From NCBI GenBank assembly GCA_964016885.1, contig OZ024763.1:19592001-19656000 (forward strand): a stretch of 64,000 nt of DNA. The letters run 5' to 3'. Positions 54,401 to 64,000 of this stretch are shown piece after piece. Under the pieces are notes generated by a model. That model searched no databases, was not told the DNA's origin, and saw nothing but the letters and a program-made list of their open reading frames with translations. Every line of letters starts with the position of its first letter. The first letter of the stretch is position 1. The position numbers and the translations under genes are program-made. Source of the DNA: Eledone cirrhosa. Taxonomy: Eukaryota.

Positions 54401-57400
54401 GTATAGTGCATATATATATATATATGATAAATGCTGGGGTCAAGCTGATTCAGCCATTCCTCTGGACAACATTATATATAGTGTATGTATGTAGTATATA
54501 TATATATACATATACCAGTTGCAACACTAACTTCAAGAAGCCTACCAACCACCTAATAACCTACCAATCAGGCGAGCACATAAGCCAGATTGACTTCTTG
54601 CTAGTTAGGCAATGAGACAGACAGATGGTGTCAAATACTAAGGCATACCTCGGGGAAGAATGTACCCAGTGACATCTCAATAAACAAGAGACATACAGGA
54701 AGGTCTGGAAGCTAAAAGACCTTTCATAAAATATAAATTTAGGAAAGCCTTCAAGATGTGTATGACGAAAAAGAAGACGATTCAGAATCGTATGACATAG
54801 ATGATAACTGGAATTTCTTACTTGACAACTTACTGAAGACACTTGTGGCTGGAGCAGAACTCTGACCAGATGGAGAGTGACCTGGTGGTGGAACAGCATG
54901 GTAGATAGGGTCATTAGAGACAAAAGACTAGCATGGGATGCTTGGAAAAAATGGTGGGAGTAGAGACTGATGCACAGCCGCTAAGAGAGAAGTTAGACAT
55001 CAGGTGTACTTAGCAGAGAGGGAAGCTGAGAGTAGGAGGTTTGCCAATGTTTTGTGATGGGAATATCAGAGATGTGCGGTGTTCCACATTTCAAGACCGT
55101 GTGTCAGTATAAATCAGGATGTTGTTGGAGATAAGTGTGAAATGATGCTGGTGTACTTAGTGTCACTAATGATCAGAAAAGGGAGGCCTGGAAGTCTCAT
55201 TATGAGAGACTGATGAATGTGGAGAGCGAATGAGAGGGAGAGAAATTACCCTTAGTAGATCCGACAGAGGGACCAGCTATTGAGATTGACGACTATAGAG
55301 TCCAAGAGGCAATTAAGAAAATGAAAAATAGTAAGGCTGCTGGATGATCAGAGATAGTTGCTGAGATGCTGAAGGCAATAGGAGAAGTAGGAACTAAACT
55401 GGTTGCACGCATCGTCAACCAAGTTATATATGGCGGAGTCATACCCAAAGACTGGTGCAGGCGTGTTCTCATAAATTGCTACAAAGGTAAAGGGGATGCT
55501 CTGGAGAGGAGCAATTATAGGGGCATAAAACTGATGGATCATGTTATGAAAGTGGCAGAAAGAATATTAGCGCAACTAATTGGAGAAAGTGATCTTGGGT
55601 ACACAAGTGATATAGTGGGATAGGAGGCAAACCATGTATTCAGTAGATGTACAAGGTAAATTTTTGAGGGTAGAAGTCGAAATTCAGGTGGGTTCTATAG
55701 AAGTGGTTGACAGCTTCCGGTCCCTAGGTGATCAGATTAGCATGGGAGGGGGTGTTCCGATCTGTCATTAGGTGGCCCCTAAGGAAACTAGGTGAATAGG
55801 AATGGCTTGTGATGACAGTGCAAGCTATGTACAGGTGTGCTGTCAGTAAAGTGAGAGTAGGAATGGAGTTTAGTGAGGAATTCCAGATACAAGTAGGAGT
55901 ACATCAGGGTTCGGTCCTCAGCCCGCTGTTGTTCATTATAGTCCTCCAAGCCATAACAGAGCAGTTTAAGACTGGCTACCCATGGGAACTTCTCTATGCT
56001 GACAATTCTAAAAAATGTACACAATGCAGATCTTGGGAACACAAGAGATGTAGTGGGATAGGAGGCAAACTTACAGGTAGGGAAAACCATGTATGCAGTA
56101 GATGTACAGGTACATTTTTGACAGTAGAAGTCGAAGTGACAGATACATTTTTCAAATGCAGGTGGGTTCTATAGAAGTGGTTCACAGCTTCCAGTGCCTA
56201 GGTGATCAGATTAGCATGGGAGGAGGTGTTCCGAGGCCATAGTATCTAGAATAAGGACAGGTTGGAAGAAGTTTAGGGAGCCGCTTACTCTGTTGACAAA
56301 GAAGGATTTCTCCCTACAAACGAAAGGCCGGTTATATAATGCCTGTGTGAGATGCACGATGCTGCATGGTAGTGAGACATGGGCAGCAACGGCGAGAGAG
56401 AGAAATGAAGCATGCTCTGTTGGATGTGCCTGAACGACCAAGCATAGATGAGTTGAGAGAGAAACTGTGTATAAGAGGGATAAGTTGTCATGTGCGGGAG
56501 AGAAGACTGATGGTATGGACATATGATGTGCATGGAGGATGACCGCTGAGTAAAGAAATGCCTAGAAATCCCAGTAGAAGGAAGACCTCGAAAAACAAGG
56601 ACGGAGGTGGTGAGAGCAGAGCTCACGGAGATGACGAAGGACCATGACAAGTGGAGAGATGCTGGGCTGAATAAGACCCATCCCACACTTGCAAGCAGGG
56701 AAAAGCGGACGTAAAATGATGATGATCATCATCATATATCTACTGTATATAATAGTTGTAATGTCACTGGTGCCAATCTATATCAATATATATATTGATA
56801 TATATTCTATATATATAGTGTATATGTGGTGTAAATAATAGTTATGACAATATTCTACATGCACATGTACACACACACTGACAAACGTGTATATACATAT
56901 AGAAGGGTCGGATGAGGAGTTCATAGGCTGATCAAGTTACTCCCATGGAATATGACAATATATACACACAAATATATACTTATACGTATGTATACAAACA
57001 CACATATATTTTATAGTGAAGTCAGCATATTGTAATATCAGGTTTTCAATTCTCAGCCAGGGAGGTACATTGTGTCCTTAAGCAAGACACATCATTTCAC
57101 ATGTCTCTAATCTCCACAAGTGAAAAAGACAAGTAGCAGAATTAGTTGGAAGTTTAGCATGGGTTGGATCATTCACTGCAGCCACAAACCCAGGCTTTAC
57201 TACCTGTAGTAGAGAGAAGAGGAAGATAGTTAAATACCGGGGCCTGACTAACCACTTCCTCTTTGTCCCCACATTACTGATTTCCACCTCAAAATTAGAA
57301 AGACAACAGCTCACTTGAGGGAGGAGTTCCATGAGGTGGAGTGGCTGTTGCAGTGTTGTCTCTGGCTATTCTCCATGATAACGCCATTTTGTCTGTAAGC

Positions 57401-58000
57401 TGGGGCTGAATCACAGCTCAGACCGGAATATAGTGCCTGTCCCTCTCCCTCTCTCCCATTATTTTCGTTGCTTCATACGTTTTCGTTTTTCTTCTTTACA
57501 TTTCCAGAGATTGGCAGTATCGGTCGGACGCCATGCCTTGCAGCAAAGAGTTACGGCCCTTTATGGTCTGAGTTCAAATTCCCCCGAGGTTAACTTTGCC
57601 TTTCATCCTTACGGGGTCGATAAAATAGAGTACCAGTAATACACTGTTATATTTGATGGCCTTGTGCCAAAAGGAGAAAAAATTATGTTCGCTGCTTGAT
57701 TCGTTTTCGTTTTTCTTCTTTACATTTCCATTTCTTAAATATTTGTTTACCTTTAATAATGTGTTTTGTTTCAATATGAACAGTCATGTAAATTTCGTAA
57801 TGTTATTTATACAAATCGGAATAAATTACTCGCATATTGATTAAACGTGGGAAGTAGTATAACGGAAGTTGTTTCTGACTGTATTAAATTATGTAGGGGA
57901 TTTTTAAGTCATGACACCGGCTTCAAGTAGCCAATAGAAAATTATCATCTACATCGGCTCCATTGAGACAACTTATACCTAATCTAATTTTATCTTTTAT
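51500..58000 (+). repeat. Older diverged paralogue of the unit's 3.2-9.0 kb segment
   Basis: Same order of SINE, minus-strand RTE, plus-strand RTE, short retroposon, RTE and SINE, with frequent substitutions and different indels. Confidence 0.9.
54518..56725 (+). mobile_element. Degraded RTE LINE, diverged copy
   Basis: KMKNSKAAG..EMLK..IPKDW..YKGKGDALERSNYRGIKLMDHVMKVAERI, GVHQGSVLSPLLF, WELLYAD and a gatgat tail. Confidence 0.92.
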
Positions 58001-58647
58001 GGTGATTATTTCATGTTAAGGTGAACGTTATTGTTTGTAAATAATATAAAGTGACTTATTTACCGTATAGTTGTTGTTTTATCACCTGTATTATTAAATA
58101 TTTCATTTCATTACAAACAACGTCGTGAAGTGGTTGTTCAACATTTCTTCCTAACCTCTCCTGACTTTATATTTGGTCTTGCAAACTGAAGTACGTATTA
58201 TTTCGTTTTCCATCACAACACAAACGTTGTCTATATATATTAACCTTCATCTTTTGGATTATGAATATTAATTCTCTTGTGACCTGAATTGTCCTCAATA
58301 ACAAGGACATTAACTTTCGAAGACATATTCGTCTGTTTTATGAGCCGAGGATTTTAGTGTGCCTAGTGCTTCTCTCACTATAACAAAAATAATAGTGGAA
58401 TACTCCAGAATAATCTCACACACACTCTTTTTCTTCATCCAAGCCCAGTCTTACACTGTGATACATCTTATTACTTGTACCAACTGAATGCTACATTACA
58501 ACTTTGTAGAAGAAGAAAGCCGTGTTCTGCAGTCTTTTATGGACACTGTATATTAGACTACACTGCATCTATTAACGATATCTACATTTCTTAATATATG
58601 AGTAAAAGTGGTGAGAATCCTTTATGTAAATATCACTAGCTAGAAAT

Positions 58648-59997
58648 ATGTCTGAATATAGCTGTGAGATTTGCAGGAAAACTTTCTCTTCAAAATGTAA
58701 AATGTCCTCACATGAGAAAATACACAGTGCAGAAAAACTCTTTAACTGTGAAACATGTGATAAATCTTTCACTAATAAATCAAATCTTGTCATCCACATG
58801 CGACGTCACACTGGAGAAAAACCCTACCATTGTGAAATATGTGGTAAATCCTTCGTATCCAGGAGTGATTTGGAAAAACATAGAACACGACACACTGGAA
58901 AAAAACCTTATTCATGTGAAATATGTGGGAAATCTTTCACTGCTAATTCTAATCTTGTCATCCACATGCAGAGTCACACAGGAGAAAAACCCTTCCACTG
59001 TGAAGCCTGTGGGAAATCTTTCGTCTGTAATTCTAGATTAACAGCACACAGATCAATTCACACCCGAGAAAGACCGTTTGAATGCAGAATATGTGGCAAA
59101 TATTTTCTAGCTAATTCTCATCTTGTCATCCACATGCGCAGTCACACTGGAGAAAAACCGTTTGACTGTGAAATATGTGGGAAATCTTTTGTCTGTAGCG
59201 TTAGTTTAACAAGACACAGATTAATACACACTGGGGAAAAACCCTACCACTGTGAAATATGTGGGAAATATTTTGTCTCCAACAGTGCCTTGAAAATACA
59301 TAGAACAACTCACACTGGAGAAACGCTCTTCCACTGTGAAACATGTGGGAAATCTTTCTGCAATAATTCTGCACTTGTCATCCACATACGAAGTCACACT
59401 GGAGAAAAACCCTTCCACTGTGAAATATGTGGGAAATCTTTTGTCTCCAACAGTGTCTTGAAAACACATAGAAGAACACACACTGGAGAAAAACCTTATT
59501 CATGTGAAATATGTGGGAAATCTTTTTCTCAGAAGGTCCAACTTGGAGATCACAAAAGAATACACACTGGTGAAAAACCCTTCCATTGTGAAATATGTGG
59601 GAAATCTTTTACTACTAAATCTAATCTTGTCATCCACATACGAAGTCACACTGGAGAAAAACCCTTCCACTGTGAAATATGTGGGAAATCTTTTCTCTCC
59701 AACAGTGTCATGAAAACACATAGAACAACACACACTGGTGAAAAACCTTATTCATGTGAAATATGTGGGAAATCTTTCACTCAGAAGGTTCATCTTGTAC
59801 TTCACAAAAGGATGCACACTGGTGAAAAATCTTTTCATTGTGAAATATGTGGGAAATCTTTTTCACATGTTTCTAATCTTGTGAAACACAAAAGAATACA
59901 CACAGGAGAAAAACCTTATTCATGCGAAATATGTGGGAAATCTTTCACACAGAATTATTCAGTGGTTGTTCACAAACGTAATCAACACTTGAGATAA
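58648..59997 (+). CDS. C2H2 zinc-finger protein ZNF-B, 16 fingers, intact single coding exon (449 aa)
   Basis: True ATG (MSEYSCEIC), 16 CxxC-x12-H-x3/4-H fingers with TGEKP linkers, TAA stop, no effector domain. Confidence 0.93.
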   Translation: MSEYSCEICRKTFSSKCKMSSHEKIHSAEKLFNCETCDKSFTNKSNLVIHMRRHTGEKPYHCEICGKSFVSRSDLEKHRTRHTGKKPYSCEICGKSFTANSNLVIHMQSHTGEKPFHCEACGKSFVCNSRLTAHRSIHTRERPFECRICGKYFLANSHLVIHMRSHTGEKPFDCEICGKSFVCSVSLTRHRLIHTGEKPYHCEICGKYFVSNSALKIHRTTHTGETLFHCETCGKSFCNNSALVIHIRSHTGEKPFHCEICGKSFVSNSVLKTHRRTHTGEKPYSCEICGKSFSQKVQLGDHKRIHTGEKPFHCEICGKSFTTKSNLVIHIRSHTGEKPFHCEICGKSFLSNSVMKTHRTTHTGEKPYSCEICGKSFTQKVHLVLHKRMHTGEKSFHCEICGKSFSHVSNLVKHKRIHTGEKPYSCEICGKSFTQNYSVVVHKRNQHLR

Positions 59998-60104
59998 ACT
60001 CCATCACTGTGAAATGTGAAACAGACAAATATACAGGCACACTCTGGAAAGAAGAATATAAAATGTCTCACTTGAGAAATCCTTCTCTTATACATCTCAA
60101 CATA

Positions 60105-60155
<51 letters not shown>
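60105..60155. repeat. (TG)n(TA)n compound microsatellite
   Basis: Read directly from the sequence. Confidence 0.95.
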
Positions 60156-60159
<4 letters not shown>

Positions 60160-61689
60160 TTTTTAATATAGTAAACAAAGGGAAGAAATATACTGACATA
60201 TATCAAAGTTTACCACAGTAACTAGGGAGCGGAGGTCAGGATATGCTGGACATTGCTACCGAAGAATGGATGACCTGATGATCTGACTCCTGTGGTGGAT
60301 ACTTAAACATAGTAAGACCCTAGTGGGATGACCAAGGTTGACCTACAAAGATCAGATGTCCAGCTGGAGATAAATGATCTCTGGAATGCCATGGAAGATT
60401 GTGATATCGAAATGAGGAGTAGAATTGTTCTGGCCAATACACCTGACCTAATAAATGATGAAAATTAATTATGGTGAAATATATTAGAAATCATTCTCAG
60501 AGGTTTTGTATTGTAATCCACAAATACAAATTGTAGAAAGTTCTACTTCATATTATTTGTCATTAAAGTTTCTTATAGAAACACAATCCTATTTTATTGT
60601 AGAGGATTGTGGGTTGGCAGAATTGGTAGAGTGTCATACGTTTTGTGTCATATAGTTACAGCCCTTTACATTCTGACTTGAAATCCTGTACCGGTTAGCT
60701 TTGCCTTTCATCCTTGTGTGAGTCATTAAAATAAATATCTAATGCACTGGGGTTGATTTAATCGACTTTCCTCTTGCCTTCAAATTGGTTCTGTTCTTTC
60801 TCCCTTCATCTCTCTCATTCTTTCTCTTTCTCTGGAAGAAATCTCAACTGTTCAAACCTGGAAAGGAAAGGACTCCACCAAGCTTTAAATGTCCACTGTG
60901 GCACCCCCTATGACTCCATCAGTTCAAAACAAAAGTAAAGATTGATGTGTTCTTCTCTAATTGATTTATATTTATATTTGTGACAAAATAGCCACATCTA
61001 TGTGTAAATAAAAACAATTTTATAACTTTAATATTTGTTGGATGGTACTTTCATGACAGTTCATATGACTTTTAAAAAAAATAACATTTGAAAATAGTTT
61101 ACAACTTTCTTCTTTTTCTCCACCCATTTATTCCTGAGAGGGTTGTAGGGGGTAGAATCCTCACACGCCCCTTCTAGTATGTCCTTGAAAAACCAAACCA
61201 CCTGCGACCCATTGAGTCACGTTCGCTTCAAAATATTTTGTTTAAAACATGTTCACTTAAAAATAATCTTTAAATAATTAAAATATACACAGATAAGTAT
61301 ATAATGTGAAATGAAACTGGAAGGCCTATATCTATACGTGTGTGTATGTATATATATAAATGTGTGTCTGTATACATATATATGTGGGTGTCTGATCTAT
61401 ATACACTGGTCATAGACACACACCACCACCACCACCAGCTCTCTCTTCCATTCTCCTGTCTCCTCTCCCTCTATGTCTCTCTTTCAATCTACTCTCCCAA
61501 CCACTATCTCTTGCTCTGTTTATGAAGGTACCCGGAAAAACGCCATATCTCGAGAACTCGCGGTCCAATTTACGTGAAACTTGTTTTCTATTTGTATTCC
61601 TATTTCAGGGGCAACTTCACTTCCAAAGTATTTTCCCATTATGCGCCCTTTTGGTTGTATTACATTACACACAAGCAAGCATATAGATA

Positions 61690-61990
61690 GATCATCATCC
61701 TCATCATTTTACGTCCGCTTTTCCCTGCTTGCAAGGGTGGGACGAGTGCTATTTAGCACAGCATCTCTCCACTTGTCACGGTCCTTTGTCATTTCCACCG
61801 TGAGCTTCAGCGATCTGAGGTCTGCTCTCACCACCTCCATCCATGTTTTTCATGGTCTTCCTCTATTGCGTCTTCCTTCAACTGTCATTTCTTGGCACTT
61901 CTTTACCCAGCAGTCATCCTCCATGCGTATCACATGTCCATACCATTTTAGTCTTCTCTCCTGCACACTACAACTTATTCCTCTTAAACA
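61690..61990 (-). mobile_element. RTE LINE 3' end, minus strand
   Basis: Reverse complement of the 7620-7912 and 56470-56725 tails (catcatc..ttttacgtccgcttttccctgcttgcaag..gtctgctctcaccacctcc). Confidence 0.85.
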
Positions 61991-62339
61991 GATGTTAACG
62001 TAAAACTTTCTCTATACACTACTCACATATACACACACATTTCTATGAGAATGTTAGATATGTAGAATAAAAACACTTCTCTCTGATCTCACAAAGCCTA
62101 TTGTACCGGCACCATAACTACACTCCAACTATTTTTATACTGACTCTTGAAGCCACTGATTTGCTGTTATTTTTTTAAATGTTTTTTTTTTAAAGGACTC
62201 TTATTCAGTTTTTTGTGAAGATAACACCTTCAACATTCTCCCCTCCCATACACCTCCCTTTGCGGTAACCATCCCTCCTCTATTATCTCCTTCCACAATT
62301 TTTCAAAGCCGCCTCCTCACTCCCTAGTTCGAAGAAAAA

Positions 62340-62790
62340 ACGTGCCCAGTCCACACTAATGTGGTCGTGTAGGTGTCACAACAAAAATTACCCAGTCCAC
62401 ACTGTAAAGTGGTCATGTAGGTGTCACGACAAAAATTGCCCAGTCCACACTAATGTGGTTGTGTAGGTGAAAAGACAAATTGCCCAGTCCTCACTGTAAA
62501 CTGGTCGTGTAGGTGACACAACAAAAAGCACCCAGTCCACTCTGTAAAGTGGTTGTGTAGGAGTCGCGACAAAAATTACCCAGTCCACACTGTAATGTGG
62601 TCGTATAGGTGTCACAACAAAAGGGACCCAGCACATACTGTAAATGTGGTTGGCATTAGGAAGGCCATCCAGCTGTAGAAACCAAGCCTAATCTGTCCTG
62701 GGTGAGCTGAACATGATCCACTGACCTGTTCTCTCCCTAAGGGTCAACCCATCCTACCCAAGCTAGTGTGGAAGATGGACGTATGATGAT
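62340..62790 (+). mobile_element. RTE-tailed short retroposon with an internal ~44-48-bp tandem array (~6.5 units, 62345-62650)
   Basis: cccag starts at about 62345, 62391, 62439, 62483, 62531, 62579 and 62627, followed by gtggttggcattaggaagg..ggacgtatgatgat as at 5580-5781. Confidence 0.8.
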
Positions 62791-63454
62791 TGTCTAAAGA
62801 TTTGGGAGATTTCTCGAAATCTTGAATTTTCTTCAGTATTCTTGCAATCTTATGTTATTGTAAATGATATGAGTAAAGAACTGTCAACCAATGTGAAGTA
62901 TTGATATGCAGAAATGAACTCTGATGATGCCAACCTTGAACAATTTAAAATCTTGAGTTTTTTTTAACGGTAATTCTATGACCCTGGGAGGAAGTTTAGG
63001 TCGGCAGAAACACATCAGTTTGACAATGCCTTAAATCTTCAGTGATTTTAGAATTAGTAAATATATATACAGTGTACCCACTGGCATTGGCGGTCGTAAT
63101 TATTCGTGGAATTTTCCTTAGAACCTAACTAATAATTATTAGCTGGATCGTAAATATCTTCCGTGATTTTTTAATGACCTTTTTCATAGCAATATATATT
63201 TTTTCACGCTTTTTAACACTAAATTATTAATAATATACTATAATTTACGTTGTTTTGACGTTTATAGGGATTTTTATGGACCACATCCAATATTCGTAGT
63301 TTTTAACTCTTCGCAGGTGCTCGAAGAAAGTAACCCCAGTGAATACCAGAGAACAACAGTATATAATCGTTTTTCTGTGCACATGGCTTGGATGAATCCT
63401 TTTCAACACAGGATCTCCATTTGTCACATTCCGTTGTCTGTCTATACCAATGTG

Positions 63455-63994
63455 GTCTTCTCTCTTGCACATCACTTCAGATTCCTCTTAAACCCAGTTT
63501 CTCTCTCAGTTTATCCAAGCTCTGCTTTTCTCTCACATTTACATTGCATATCCAGTGAGGTATGGTAGCTTCATTTCTCTCCATTCTACACATGTACCAA
63601 CCGCAGTCTTCTCTCTTGTACACCACTTCGGATTCCTCTTAACCCTTTAGCATTTAAACCGGTTGTATCTGGCCAGAATTCTCTCACCACTTTCAGTTCA
63701 AACCGGCTGTGACCGACCAATCATACTGATGTTAAGGTATTGTTCTCAAAATAAATAACATCAAAATCTCATAGTTTTGATACTATGTGAGATATTATGT
63801 AGGATAAAGCCTTTACCATGAAAATACAATAGTAAATATTGAGTAATGTAAATGCTGAAGGGTTAAACCCAGTTTCTCTCTCAGTTCATCCAAGCTCTGC
63901 TTTTCTCTCACATTTACATTGCATATCCAGTGAAACATGGTAGCTTCATTTCTCTCTATCCTACACATGTACCAACTACAGTCTTCTCTCTTAC
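63455..63994 (-). repeat. 151-bp tandem duplication of an RTE fragment
   Basis: gtcttctctctt occurs at 63455, 63606 and 63981 (151-bp period after removing the MITE). The minus strand reads like ELREKLGLRGI..QERR. Confidence 0.8.
63643..63862. mobile_element. piggyBac-type MITE, 220 bp, TTAA target-site duplication
   Basis: TTAA|CCCTTTAGCATTT ... AAATGCTGAAGGG|TTAA (13-bp TIR, 1 mismatch). The empty site cctcTTAAacccag is present in the neighbouring repeat at ~63484-63497. Confidence 0.9.
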
Positions 63995-64000
63995 TCCCTA

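Overview
Eukaryotic, AT-rich genomic DNA from a C2H2 zinc-finger (ZNF) gene cluster. The repeat families and the effector-less CEICGKSF finger style suggest a coleoid cephalopod (Octopus-like); this is an inference. About 1-51,500 is a head-to-tail tandem array of a ~16.08-kb unit (offsets 16,088 / 16,075 / ~16,070, plus one extra 84-bp finger in the last gene copy). Each unit carries: (i) ZNF-A, a 26-finger gene that is itself an 84-bp coding minisatellite varying mainly at the DNA-contacting helix codons, with decayed fingers at both ends; (ii) RTE-type LINE fragments and tRNA-type SINEs; (iii) the scar of a cleanly deleted second ZNF gene; (iv) a ~4.1-kb dead hAT (Tip100/ZMYM1-like) transposon with a single clear TIR and a Helitron-like hairpin at its other end. 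From ~51,500 an older, more diverged copy of the same cassette lacks the hAT and still holds an intact 16-finger gene (ZNF-B, 58648-59997) at the position where the amplified units have the deletion. The last 3.5 kb are SINE/LINE debris, a 48-bp tandem repeat and a piggyBac-type MITE. All comparisons were made by eye; the boundaries of degraded repeats are approximate.
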